Shown: positions 10,037 through 19,414 of the stretch, piece after piece | Layout of the letters: every line of letters begins with the position of its first letter | How positions within the stretch are numbered: the stretch's first letter is position 1 | Translations under genes and position numbers: made by a program | NCBI GenBank assembly: GCA_964535675.1 | Contig: CAZHTD010000001.1 | Coordinates: 69,700-133,699, forward strand | Reading direction: 5' to 3' | Length of the DNA stretch: 64,000 nt | Origin: an uncultured Bifidobacteriaceae bacterium | GTDB lineage: Bacteria; Acidobacteriota; Vicinamibacteria; Vicinamibacterales; UBA2999 | The notes under the pieces: generated by a model | The model's input: only the letters and a program-made list of their open reading frames with translations | The model's database searches: none | What the model was told of the DNA's origin: nothing

Positions 10037-10363
10037 TCAGGCGCCGAACGAGCTGCCGCAGCCGCAGGTCTGCTTGGCGTTCGGGTTGTGGAAGACAAAG
10101 CCCTTGGTCAACAGCGCCGTGTCGTAGTCGAGCATGGTCCCCTTGAGAAACAGGTAGCTCTTCTTGTCGACGAAAATCTTCGCACCCTCGGGCCCCTCGA
10201 ACACCGCGTCGCCGAGCCGGGCCGCGCGCTCCCACGCGAACGTGTAGCTGAGGCCCGAGCACCCGCCGCCTTTCACGCCCACGCGCAGCCCGCCGTCGGT
10301 GATGCCCTGCTTGGCCATTAACGACCGGATTTGCTGCGCCGCGGTTTCGCTGATCTGAATCAT
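10037..10363 (-). CDS. iscA: iron-sulfur cluster insertion protein IscA/ErpA (HesB family)
   Basis: GGGCSGLSY and C-terminal CGCGSSF motifs. Internal ATG at 10363 (MIQISE) chosen over the 178-aa extension. Confidence 0.9.
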   Translation of the reverse strand: MIQISETAAQQIRSLMAKQGITDGGLRVGVKGGGCSGLSYTFAWERAARLGDAVFEGPEGAKIFVDKKSYLFLKGTMLDYDTALLTKGFVFHNPNAKQTCGCGSSFGA

Positions 10364-10368
10364 CGGTC

Positions 10369-10800
10369 CTAGGCGTTCGGCTGAGCGCGGCCCTCGGACG
10401 CGTCCGCGCCCTTTTCGGCGTCCTGCTTCTTCCGGTAGTCGGCGAGCGCCGCCTTGATCGCGTCCTCGGCCAGCACCGAACAGTGGATCTTCACCGGCGG
10501 CAGCGACAGCTCGGTCACGATGTCGGTGTTCTTGATCGCCATCGCTTCGTCCACCGTCTTGCCCTTGAGCCACTCAGTGGCCAAACTCGAGCTGGCGATG
10601 GCCGAGCCGCACCCAAAGGTCTTGAACTTCGCGTCGTCGATGACGCCGGTCTCGGAGTTGACCTTGACCTGCAGCTTCATGACGTCGCCGCACTCTGGCG
10701 CGCCCACCAGCCCCGTGCCGACGCTCTGGTCGTCCTTCGGCAGCGACCCCACGTTGCGCGGGTTCTCGTAGTGCTCGAGCACCTTGTTCGAATACGCCAT
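10369..10800 (-). CDS. iscU: Fe-S cluster assembly scaffold IscU
   Basis: GAPECGDVM, FGCGSAIASSS and LPPVKIHCS motifs. Confidence 0.95.
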   Translation of the reverse strand: MAYSNKVLEHYENPRNVGSLPKDDQSVGTGLVGAPECGDVMKLQVKVNSETGVIDDAKFKTFGCGSAIASSSLATEWLKGKTVDEAMAIKNTDIVTELSLPPVKIHCSVLAEDAIKAALADYRKKQDAEKGADASEGRAQPNA

Positions 10801-10850
10801 CTTCGGTCTCCCACGAGGGCTGAAGCCCCCGTGCTACGTCGATCCTTACG

Positions 10851-12065
10851 TTAGTGCGTGACCCACTGCATCTTCGACAGGTCGACGCCTTCCTTCACCA
10901 TCTCGTACAGCGGCGACATCTCGCGCAGCCGCTGGACCACGCTGGTCAGCTTCTCGACAACGTAGTCGACCTCTTCCTCGGTCGTCCAGCGGCCGAGCCC
11001 GAACCGGATCGACGAGTGCGCCAAGTCGTCGCCCGCGCCGAGCGCCTTCAGCACATAGGACGGCTCGAGGCTGGCCGACGTGCACGCCGACCCCGACGAT
11101 ACGGCCACGTCGTTGATCCCCATCAGCAGCGACTCACCCTCTACGTAGGCGAAGCTGATGTTCAGGTTGTGCGGCAGCCGGTACTCCATCGAACCGTTGA
11201 TGTAAATCTCGTCCAGGTTCTGGTGGAGCTTTGCGTCCAGCCGGTCGCGCAGCGCCCGCAGCCGCTCGCTCTCGGTCGCCATCTCGGCCCGTGCGATCTC
11301 GGCGGCCTTGCCGAAACCCACGATGCCTGGGACGTTCAGCGTGCCCGAGCGCATCCCGCGCTCGTGGCCGCCGCCGCTGATCTGCTCGGCCAGCAGCACC
11401 CGCGGATTGCGGCGCCGGACGTAGAGCGCGCCGACGCCCTTCGGGCCGTACATCTTGTGCGCGCTCAGCGACACCAAGTCAGCCTGCATCTTGTTGACGT
11501 CGAACGACACCTTCCCTACCGCCTGCACCGCATCGGTGTGGAACAGGATGCCGCGCTCCTTGGCCAGCGCGCCGATCTCGGCCACTGGGTGGAGCACGCC
11601 GATCTCATTGTTGGCCGCCATGATGGTGATCAGGATCGTCTTGTCGGTGATCGCCGCCTTCACATCATCGAGACGCACCCGACCGTCCTTCTGCACGGGC
11701 AGGTAGCTCACGCGCGCGCCCTGCTTCTCGAGCTTCTTGCATGTGTCGATCACGGCCTTGTGCTCGGTGACGCAGGTGATGATGTGGTTGCCCCTCCCGC
11801 GATACATCTCCGCGACGCCCTTGATCGCCAAATTGTTCGACTCGGTGGCACCACTGGTGAAGATGACTTCCTTCGCCTTTGCGCCGATCAGGTCAGCCAG
11901 CTGCATTCGGGCCTTGGCGATCGCCTCCTCGGCGGCCCAGCCGAACGCGTGGTTGCGGCTGGCGGCGTTACCGAAGACCTCGGTGAAATACGGTCGCATC
12001 GCCTCAAGCACCCGCGGATCCACGGGCGTCGTGGCGTGGTAGTCCATGTAGATCGGAAGCCTCAT
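10851..12065 (-). CDS. iscS: cysteine desulfurase IscS
   Basis: 404 aa; [13 protein letters not shown]-lysine motif and SSGSACTS active-site loop. Confidence 0.95.
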   Translation of the reverse strand: MRLPIYMDYHATTPVDPRVLEAMRPYFTEVFGNAASRNHAFGWAAEEAIAKARMQLADLIGAKAKEVIFTSGATESNNLAIKGVAEMYRGRGNHIITCVTEHKAVIDTCKKLEKQGARVSYLPVQKDGRVRLDDVKAAITDKTILITIMAANNEIGVLHPVAEIGALAKERGILFHTDAVQAVGKVSFDVNKMQADLVSLSAHKMYGPKGVGALYVRRRNPRVLLAEQISGGGHERGMRSGTLNVPGIVGFGKAAEIARAEMATESERLRALRDRLDAKLHQNLDEIYINGSMEYRLPHNLNISFAYVEGESLLMGINDVAVSSGSACTSASLEPSYVLKALGAGDDLAHSSIRFGLGRWTTEEEVDYVVEKLTSVVQRLREMSPLYEMVKEGVDLSKMQWVTH

Positions 12066-12088
12066 CGCTCTCTCGGTTTCCGGGCCGC

Positions 12089-12556
12089 TCAGGCGCCCGC
12101 CCTCCGCATCACCGCTGGCTGCGCCACCACCGCGCGCGGCGCTGGCACACCGTCGTCAGCCATCTCGGCCATCGACACCGTCCCGAGCGTCTCGACGATG
12201 CGCTCGCGGATCTGCCACAGCGGGTCGCGGATGCTGCACTTCTGGAACTGGTCACACCCGCCGTCGCTTTCGGTCGAGCACGCCGTCACCGCGAACGGGC
12301 CGTCGATGGCCTCGATGACGTCGGCCACTGAGATCGTCGACGCCGCGCGCCCCAAGGCGTAACCACCCCGGGTACCCTGCGTGGAGTCGAGCAGGCCCCG
12401 ACGCGCCAAGCGCTGCAGCACCTTGGCCATCAGCTCGAGTGGGATGTCGTACCGCTCGGCGATCTCCCGCGCGCTGGCCGAAACCGCCGCCTCCTGCTGC
12501 GCTAAGTGCTTCATCGCCATCAATGCGTAGTCCGCCTTCTTTGACAGTCTCAGCAT
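12089..12556 (-). CDS. iscR: Rrf2-family Fe-S regulator IscR
   Basis: Rrf2 wHTH N-terminus ([16 protein letters not shown] ... TRGGYALG), cysteine cluster C-x7-C-x5-C, first gene of the isc operon. Confidence 0.85.
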   Translation of the reverse strand: MLRLSKKADYALMAMKHLAQQEAAVSASAREIAERYDIPLELMAKVLQRLARRGLLDSTQGTRGGYALGRAASTISVADVIEAIDGPFAVTACSTESDGGCDQFQKCSIRDPLWQIRERIVETLGTVSMAEMADDGVPAPRAVVAQPAVMRRAGA

Positions 12557-12568
12557 TTGCTTCGCTCA

Positions 12569-12593
12569 ATACCCGACTGCAATAGTCCTAGTT
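12569..12593. promoter_or_regulatory. candidate type-1 IscR operator upstream of iscR
   Basis: ATACCCGACTGCAATAGTCCTAGTT, about 13-37 nt upstream of the iscR start, fits ATASYYGACTRwwwYAGTCRRSTAT at most positions. Confidence 0.45.
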
Positions 12594-12634
12594 TAGGCAC
12601 GGGACAGATATCCGTCAACAATGTTCGGATTTCC

Positions 12635-13819
12635 TCAGTACTTGGGCTGGCTGGGGTCGACCTTGTCGACCCATTCGAGGATCCCGCCCTTGAGGTTCTT
12701 TACGTTGGTAAAGCCCACCGACTGCAGGAACTCCATGGCCTTGGCACTGCGTCCCCCCATCTTGCACTGGCAGACGATCGCCCGGGTCTTGTCGCCGAGC
12801 TCCTGGTAACGCCGGGGCACCTCGCCGAGCGGGATCAGCGTCGAGCCCTCGATGCGGTTGATCTGGAACTCGTTCGGCTCACGCACGTCGAGCACCAGCA
12901 CATCGTCGCCCGCGTCGAGGCGCTGCTTGAGTTCCACACACGTGATCTCCCAGTCGGCCACGTCCGCCTCCGTCGCGGGCGCGTCGGCCTGGGGCCGGAT
13001 CCCGCAGAACTGCTCGTAGTCGATGAGCTCGGTCACCGTCCGGTTATCGCTGCACACGGGGCACTCGGGGTCGCGCCGGAGATTCAACTCGCGGAAGCGC
13101 ATGCGCAGCGCGTCGTAGATCAGGAACCGCCCGATCAGCGGATCGCCGATCCCCAGCAGCACCTTCACTGCCTCGGTGGCCTGGATCACGCCGATGATCC
13201 CGGGCAACACGCCCAGCACACCTCCCTCGGCGCAGCTCGGCACCAGGCCGGGCGGCGGAGGCTCGGGATAGAGGCAGCGGTAGCAGGGGCCACCCGTAGT
13301 GGCGAACACCGAGGCCTGCCCCTCAAACCTGAAGATGCTGCCGTAGGCGTTGGGCGTGCCGGTCAGCACGCAGGCGTCGTTGACGAGGTACCGCGTCGGA
13401 AAGTTGTCGGTCCCGTCCAGGACGATGTCGTACCCCTCGAACAACCGTAGCGCGTTCTCCGACGACAGCGCCTCTTCGTGCGTCTCGACATCGACGTGCG
13501 GGTTGAGCGCAGTGAGGCGGTCGCGCGCCGAGTCGAGCTTCGACCGGCCCACGTCGGGCGTCCCATGGATGACCTGCCGCTGCAGGTTGCTATAATCCAC
13601 GATGTCGAAGTCGACGATGCCCAGCTTCCCAATCCCCGCCGCGGCCAGGTACATCGCCGCGGGCGAACCAAGGCCGCCGGCGCCGATGCACAGCACACTC
13701 GAGGCCTTCAGCCGCCGCTGCCCCGCCATGCCCATCTCGGGCATGATGAGGTGCCGGCTGTAGCGCTTGACCTCCTCGTTGGAGAGCTCGGGCAGTGCCT
13801 CGATCGTCGCCGTGCTCAC
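12635..13819 (-). CDS. moeZ: MoeB/ThiF-type adenylyltransferase with C-terminal rhodanese domain (MoeZ-like sulfur-carrier activating enzyme)
   Basis: GAGGLGSP nucleotide loop, CxxC pairs (CYRC, CPVC), C-terminal rhodanese with CQCKMGGRS; GTGA overlap with the upstream carrier gene. Confidence 0.85.
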   Translation of the reverse strand: MSTATIEALPELSNEEVKRYSRHLIMPEMGMAGQRRLKASSVLCIGAGGLGSPAAMYLAAAGIGKLGIVDFDIVDYSNLQRQVIHGTPDVGRSKLDSARDRLTALNPHVDVETHEEALSSENALRLFEGYDIVLDGTDNFPTRYLVNDACVLTGTPNAYGSIFRFEGQASVFATTGGPCYRCLYPEPPPPGLVPSCAEGGVLGVLPGIIGVIQATEAVKVLLGIGDPLIGRFLIYDALRMRFRELNLRRDPECPVCSDNRTVTELIDYEQFCGIRPQADAPATEADVADWEITCVELKQRLDAGDDVLVLDVREPNEFQINRIEGSTLIPLGEVPRRYQELGDKTRAIVCQCKMGGRSAKAMEFLQSVGFTNVKNLKGGILEWVDKVDPSQPKY

Positions 13820-14097
13820 GGCCGTCCTCCTGCCACCGACGGCACGATGCTCAACGTATCGCCGTCCTTGACCAGTGTCTTCTCACGCTCGAGATACCGG
13901 ATATCCTCGTCGTTCAGATACACGTTGACGAAGTTGCGCAGCCGCCCGTCGTCTGCGTAGAGGTGCTTGCGCAGCCCCGCATAGCGGGTCGTCAGGTCGG
14001 CGAGCAACTCACCGACGGTGGCACCGCTCACCTCCACTGACTCCTGCGAGTCGGTGAACGGGCGCAGCGGCGTAGGAATGTGAATGGTGTTGGGCAT
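13816..14097 (-). CDS. cysO: ThiS/MoaD-family sulfur carrier protein (CysO-like), C-terminus ...VAGG-RP
   Basis: 93 aa, beta-grasp-like sequence ending SIVPSVAGGRP; flanked by JAMM and MoeZ genes. Confidence 0.75.
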   Translation of the reverse strand: MPNTIHIPTPLRPFTDSQESVEVSGATVGELLADLTTRYAGLRKHLYADDGRLRNFVNVYLNDEDIRYLEREKTLVKDGDTLSIVPSVAGGRP

Positions 14098-14099
14098 GG

Positions 14100-14510
14100 T
14101 CAGTTGGTCAGCTCTTCCTCATCGAAAGCCGAGCGGTCCTCGCGCAGGCGCCACGACGTCATGGCCTCCGGGGTGCCTTCGCGAACCGACACGATAACGT
14201 ACGAAAAGAACGGCCACGCGTGGTCGAGGTCGTACTGCGACGGTCGCGCCGGGTGGTCCGGGTGTGAGTGATAGAAGCCCAACAGGTCGGCGCCGAGCGT
14301 CGTCGCCCTGGTCTCGGCGTCTTTGTAGTCCCCCGGCCGGACCAGGAAGCGGCGGCGCGGCCCTTCCTCGGTGGTGTTCGGCATCGGGTACGCCTCCTGC
14401 ACCACGCGGCCCCGGCCGATCAGCACGCCGCAGCACTCGTGCGGATAGGTCTCCGTGCCGTGCCGTCGGATCGCTTCGTCCACCCCGTCGCCCAGCAACA
14501 GCGCCATCAC
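14100..14510 (-). CDS. mec: JAMM/MPN+ metalloprotease (Mec-like)
   Basis: E...HSHPDHPARPSQYD JAMM motif; 136 aa; 4-nt overlap with cysM. Confidence 0.8.
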   Translation of the reverse strand: MMALLLGDGVDEAIRRHGTETYPHECCGVLIGRGRVVQEAYPMPNTTEEGPRRRFLVRPGDYKDAETRATTLGADLLGFYHSHPDHPARPSQYDLDHAWPFFSYVIVSVREGTPEAMTSWRLREDRSAFDEEELTN

Positions 14511-15475
14511 ACACTCTCCCGGCCGGTCGCGTCGGGCGCCTCATCCCAGAACCGCTCCGAGAGGTACTTGTCGCCGCCGTCGCAGAAGACCACCACCAGC
14601 ACCGCGTCCTTGCTCCGGCGTGCGACCTGGAACGCGCCCGCCAGGTTCGCGCCACTCGAGATGCCGACTAGCAGGCCTTCCTGCCGCGCGAGCCGCCGCG
14701 TCAGCTCGAACGCCTCCTCGGTGGTCACGCCCAGATCCTCGTCGGCCACCGACGGGTCATAAATGCCGGGCACGATGGCCGTCGCCATGTGCTTGAGGCC
14801 CTCCAGCCCGTGCAGCGGCGAGTCGGGCTGCACCGACACCAGGCGGATTGATTGGCTGAATTCGCGCAGCCGTCGTCCCACTCCAACGAAGGTGCCGCTG
14901 GTGCCAAGCCCGGCCACGAAGTGCGTCACGCGCCCGCCGGTCTGCTCGATGATCTCCGGCCCTGTCGTGTCGTAGTGCGCTTGCCAGTTGCCCGGGTTGT
15001 TGTACTGATCCGGGTAGAAGTACGTGTCGGGATCGGCCGCGTGCATGGCGCGGGCCTTGACGATCGCCCCGTCCGAGCCTTCCATCGGATCGGTGTAGAC
15101 GATCTCGGCGCCGTACGCCTTGAGGATCTTCTTACGCTCGGGCGTCACATTCGACGGCATGCACAGCCGTACACGGTAGCCCTTCGCGGCGCCGATCATC
15201 GCGTAGGCAATGCCGGTGTTGCCCGAGGTGGCGTCCAGGATGATGCGATCCCGGGTGAGCGCACCGGAGCGTTCGCCATCGGCGATCATCCGGGCCGCGG
15301 GCCGATCCTTGACCGAGCCGCCGGGGTTCCGCCATTCGGCCTTAGCGTACAGCTCGACGTTGCTCAGCCCGGACTCGAAGCTCCGCAGCCGGATGAGTGG
15401 CGTGTTCCCGATGAGATCGAGCAAGGACCCCGGGGCTCCTGCTCTTGTAGTTGCGGTCGACACCCTCTGCGACAA
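14507..15475 (-). CDS. cysM: PLP-dependent cysteine synthase (CysM/CysK family, probably CysO-thiocarboxylate dependent)
   Basis: GSVKDR lysine motif, SGNTGIAYA, GTSGT loop; operon with mec-cysO-moeZ. Confidence 0.85.
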   Translation of the reverse strand: MSQRVSTATTRAGAPGSLLDLIGNTPLIRLRSFESGLSNVELYAKAEWRNPGGSVKDRPAARMIADGERSGALTRDRIILDATSGNTGIAYAMIGAAKGYRVRLCMPSNVTPERKKILKAYGAEIVYTDPMEGSDGAIVKARAMHAADPDTYFYPDQYNNPGNWQAHYDTTGPEIIEQTGGRVTHFVAGLGTSGTFVGVGRRLREFSQSIRLVSVQPDSPLHGLEGLKHMATAIVPGIYDPSVADEDLGVTTEEAFELTRRLARQEGLLVGISSGANLAGAFQVARRSKDAVLVVVFCDGGDKYLSERFWDEAPDATGRESV

Positions 15476-15540
15476 TTACAGTCCGATATCAATTTTACCG
15501 TTGAGACGCGGTCAACGCGCCCGCGGAGCCCTTGCCCTGC

Positions 15541-18339
15541 CTACGGCTGCTCGAACACCTCGATCGGGCCGAGATCGAATGCTGCCAGCCCCTCCTCGAT
15601 CGCAGCACGGTCTCCCACGGCTATCACCACCATGTCCCCGGGCGCCAGGTACCTCTCCACTACGTCGACCACCGCCCCGGCGTCGACCGCGCGGATTCGG
15701 GCGGCGTAGTTGCGGTAGTAGTCAAGCCCCAGGTTGTTGACCCAGACGGTGGCGTAGCGACCGGCGACACCCGCGCTAGTCTCGAAGTTTCCGGGCAGCG
15801 AAAGCACCAGCGTGTCAACGGCGCGCTGCAGCTCGTCGCCCTCGATCGGACGGGTCGCAACCTCGCGCAGCTCGCTGAAGATCTCCTCAACGGCCGGCGT
15901 CGTTACGTCGGTGCGAACCGCAGTAGAGACGTAGAACGGCCCCGGGCCCTTCCGAAACGCAAAGACCGACCTGGCCCCGTAGGTGTACCCGTTCTCCTCA
16001 CGCAGGTTCAGGTTGATTCGGCTCGCGAAGCTGCCCCCAAGCGCCAAGTTGGCCACCGCGATCGCCTCAAAGTCCTCAGTCGAGCGTGGCGGCCCGACGC
16101 GGCCTACCATCAGCGTCGTCTGCGCGGCGCCGGGCATGTCGGCGATTACCACGCGGGCGTCGGTGGTCTCCGGATCGCCGAGCACTGGCGGGACCGGTGC
16201 ATCCCCGGCCCACGCGCCAAAGGCTTCCTCGGCCAGCGGTCGCAGCTCATCGAGCGAGATGTCGCCAGCCACCACGAGCGCGGCGTTGCCGGGCACGAAG
16301 TTCCGCTCCCAGAATGCCACCAAGTCGTCACGGGTGATCGCCGCGATCGAGGCCTCGGTCCCGGTCTCGGTGAACCCGTACGGATGGCTCGTTCCGTACA
16401 AGGACGCAGCCAATGCCTTGCCAGCGACCGAACCGGGATTGTCACGCTGCTGCACCAACTGCGCCAGACGGCTGGCCCGCTGGCGCTCCAACTCTTGCTC
16501 CGGAAACGCGGGGCGTAACGTGATGTCAGCCAGCACGTCCAGCAACGCGCCGAACTGCTGTGCGAGCGAACGACCCGAGATCGTCGTCCCGTCCATGTTG
16601 GTGGCAGTGCCCAGCGTGGCCCCGAGCCCGGCCACCTCGTCAGCGATCTCGAGCGCCGTGCGCGACGAGGTGCCCTCGTCGAGCATACCGCCCAGCAGGT
16701 TCGCAAGCCCCGGTCGGTCAAGCGGGTTGGCATCGCTGCCGGTCGCAACCACGAGCTGCGCCGAGACGATCGGCACGCTGCGGTCCTCGGCCACGATAAG
16801 GGTCAGCCCGTTGAGCAGCTGCGCCACCTCCGGCGTCGGCAGGCTGAAGGCCAGCACCGGGCCGCCCTCGGGAATCCCGTCGCGCCACGGCGCGGGATCG
16901 TTGACCCCCTCGGGTAGGATTTCGAGCTGCGAGGCCGTGATCGGTGGCACGGGCGGATCGTCGAACGGCTCCGGCTCGCCCGGCACGGCATGCACGACGG
17001 CGCGCATCGAGGGCTGCAAGCGCTGGCGCGTGAACGCCAGCACACCGTTGGGCGTGACCTCACGGTATCTGACGATATCGCGGCTCAGGTAGCCCGGGTC
17101 GCCCAAGTGGTGGTTGTACATGTTCAGGCGATCGGCCACGCCACCGAAGCCCCCCAGCGTCTCGAGCCGACGGACGAGGCCGGTCTCGATGGTGTTCACC
17201 GCGCGCTCGACCTCCTGCGGCGTCGGCGGTGTCTGCAGGAACAGATCGAGCACCGAGTCGACGGCCGCTTCGAGCTCGTCGGCCGATACGCCCGGCCGCG
17301 CGGTGGCGATCAACTGGAACATCGACCCAAGTGTGAGCGACTCCTGGAAGACCGTCACGTCCTGTGCAATCTGCTGGTCGTAGACCAGCGCCTTGTAGAG
17401 CCGGCTCGACCGGCCGCCGCCGAGAATCTCGGCGGCGACCTCGGCTTCGGCGTCGCCAAGCTCGAAGATCGGCGCAGTCAGCCAGCCCATGTAGACGCGC
17501 GGCAGCTCCGCGCGAACGGGCACGACGCGGCGGCGCTCAACGGTGATGGGCGGCGTCCCGATCTCAACGGTTGGCACCTCGGGTCCCCGGCGCAGTGTGC
17601 CGAAGTACTGCTCCACGAGCGCCTTAGTCTCGTCGACATCGATGTCGCCGACGATGGCGAGGCTGGCGTTACTGGGCGCGTAGTACTGGCGGAAGAAGTC
17701 CTGGACATCCTCGAGGCGGGCAGCCTGGATGTCCCGGTGCGATCCGATCACGGCGCCATAGTAGGGGTGCCCATCGGGCAGCAGCGTCTGGACCAGCGCC
17801 TCGCCGGCCATCCCGTAAGGCGTGTTCTCCAGGCGCTGGCGGCGCTCGTTGCGGACCACGTCCTGCTGGTTCGACAGCGCCGGCTGGTCCACGACCTCAA
17901 GGAGGTAGCCCATGCGGTCGGACTCAAGCCACAGCGCAAGCTCGAGCTGGTTACTGGGGACGGTCTCGAAGTAGTTCGTGCGGTCGTAGTCGGTAGTGCC
18001 ATTGATCCCTGTCGCGCCCACACTCTGCAGCAGCGGGAAGTGCGCGTCGGGCGGCACATGCGCGCTGCCCTGGAACATCATGTGCTCGAAGAGGTGCGCA
18101 AAGCCCGTCCGGCCCTCGGTCTCGTTGGCCGGTCCGACGTGATACCAGAGGTTCACTGCCACAAGCGGCAGGCTGTCGTCCACGCTGAGGATGACGTCCA
18201 GGCCGTTGTCCAGCGTGTACTTCTCAAATGCGATGGTCGGCAAGTTCTCCGGCGCGGGCCCCTGCGCGGCCGGGACGGTCCCGGTGGCGACGGCACACAG
18301 CAGGGTCAGCACGGCACGGGCGAGGGTACGGAGCGTCAT
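15541..18339 (-). CDS. secreted tandem M16 (pitrilysin/insulinase) family peptidase
   Basis: Signal peptide, HxxEH zinc motif (FAHLFEHMMF), 932 aa consistent with two fused M16 units. Confidence 0.9.
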   Translation of the reverse strand: MTLRTLARAVLTLLCAVATGTVPAAQGPAPENLPTIAFEKYTLDNGLDVILSVDDSLPLVAVNLWYHVGPANETEGRTGFAHLFEHMMFQGSAHVPPDAHFPLLQSVGATGINGTTDYDRTNYFETVPSNQLELALWLESDRMGYLLEVVDQPALSNQQDVVRNERRQRLENTPYGMAGEALVQTLLPDGHPYYGAVIGSHRDIQAARLEDVQDFFRQYYAPSNASLAIVGDIDVDETKALVEQYFGTLRRGPEVPTVEIGTPPITVERRRVVPVRAELPRVYMGWLTAPIFELGDAEAEVAAEILGGGRSSRLYKALVYDQQIAQDVTVFQESLTLGSMFQLIATARPGVSADELEAAVDSVLDLFLQTPPTPQEVERAVNTIETGLVRRLETLGGFGGVADRLNMYNHHLGDPGYLSRDIVRYREVTPNGVLAFTRQRLQPSMRAVVHAVPGEPEPFDDPPVPPITASQLEILPEGVNDPAPWRDGIPEGGPVLAFSLPTPEVAQLLNGLTLIVAEDRSVPIVSAQLVVATGSDANPLDRPGLANLLGGMLDEGTSSRTALEIADEVAGLGATLGTATNMDGTTISGRSLAQQFGALLDVLADITLRPAFPEQELERQRASRLAQLVQQRDNPGSVAGKALAASLYGTSHPYGFTETGTEASIAAITRDDLVAFWERNFVPGNAALVVAGDISLDELRPLAEEAFGAWAGDAPVPPVLGDPETTDARVVIADMPGAAQTTLMVGRVGPPRSTEDFEAIAVANLALGGSFASRINLNLREENGYTYGARSVFAFRKGPGPFYVSTAVRTDVTTPAVEEIFSELREVATRPIEGDELQRAVDTLVLSLPGNFETSAGVAGRYATVWVNNLGLDYYRNYAARIRAVDAGAVVDVVERYLAPGDMVVIAVGDRAAIEEGLAAFDLGPIEVFEQP

Positions 18340-18345
18340 GGGTCT

Positions 18346-18963
18346 TCAATCCTTTCCGGGCACGTTGCCGAGGCTGGCCCACAGGTACCAGCAGGCCACC
18401 GACCGGTATGGGCGCCAGCGATCACCGATCGCGGTCATCCCTGCCGACGTCGTCGTCCGCAGCTTGTAGGCGCGACCGATCGCCTTGACGATCCCGAGGT
18501 CGCCGACTGGTAGCACGTCCGGCCGGTGCAGGTGAAACATCAGGAACATCTCGGCGGTCCAGCGGCCGATGCCCTTCACCGCCGTCAACTCGGCGATTAC
18601 CTCGTCGTCGCCGAGCGCGTCGAGATCCGCGAGTCGCAACGACCCGTCGCCCACCCGGCGGCAGAGGTCGCGAAGGTAGCTGAGCTTCTGCCCGCTCAGC
18701 CCTGCCGCGCGCAGCCGCCGGTCCTGGAGCGCCGTAATCGCCGACGGCGAGATTCCACCGGGCTCACACAGCGCCTCCACGCGCCAAGAAATCGTCGCCG
18801 CGGCCTTCGTCGATAACTGCTGCGAGACGATCGCCCGGACCAGCGCACGGAATGGGTCGGTATGCTGCGCGTCGGCCAAGCCGCATGGCCCGTACCGACG
18901 CATGAGGTCGCGCAGCACGGGGTCGCGGCGCGCCAGCACGCGCCGTGCGCGGTCATAGTCCAC
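18346..18963 (-). CDS. DNA-3-methyladenine glycosylase II / HhH-GPD family (AlkA-like)
   Basis: HhH-GPD region LTAVKGIGRWTAEMFLMF ... LPVGDLG. The ORF is open to 19125, but the GTG at 18963 removes a non-protein-like Arg/Gly-rich extension. Confidence 0.7.
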   Translation of the reverse strand: MDYDRARRVLARRDPVLRDLMRRYGPCGLADAQHTDPFRALVRAIVSQQLSTKAAATISWRVEALCEPGGISPSAITALQDRRLRAAGLSGQKLSYLRDLCRRVGDGSLRLADLDALGDDEVIAELTAVKGIGRWTAEMFLMFHLHRPDVLPVGDLGIVKAIGRAYKLRTTTSAGMTAIGDRWRPYRSVACWYLWASLGNVPGKD

Positions 18964-19414
18964 GTGGGAGCTTACCTGAGGACCGCCGTCAGCGTCACCT
19001 GCATGCGCACCTTGATGGGGCCTGCGGCAATCGCTAGCACATCGGCCGGCATCCCCTCGCGCTGGGCAAACCGCCAGCACAGGCCCACCCCGTGGGACGC
19101 CCCTGCTCGTCGATACGGAGCACACACACGACGGTCAGCCCGGCTCCGGCCGCGACAGCCCGTGCTGAGCCTCGTGCAGGCTCGACGCCAGCGCCTCGGC
19201 GATCACGCGACTTGCGCCCAGTCGGGAGCCGCTCCGACCACACTCTCACCAGTGGTGACCACCACCGGCTCGACGGACGCGGGCGTCTGCGCCCACGCCG
19301 CCAGCAGAGTACGCGCGGCGACGGCACTGCGCATTCTGGACATGGTGACCCTTTTTCTCCTCTCCCTTCGATTCAGCCCCGGGCTGGTTCGGACCGTACA
19401 ATGAGCAGTCGATC

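Noticed and set aside
10854-12362. Very long alternative-frame or antisense ORFs. Examples: 502 aa antisense to iscS; also 1437-2552, 5281-6813, 16990-18513, 22342-23844, 31232-32635, 36839-38185 and 41654-42664.
   Set aside because: They are typical shadow ORFs of a ~70% GC genome. They are Arg/Ala/Gly/Pro-rich, show no recognisable motifs, and each overlaps a gene with strong family signatures in another frame or strand.
15476-15540. Small hairpin CGTTGA-(7)-TCAACG between the M16 peptidase stop and the cysM start, considered as a terminator or attenuator.
   Set aside because: The 6-bp stem is short and has no U-tract on the transcribed strand. It cannot be distinguished from chance in GC-rich DNA.
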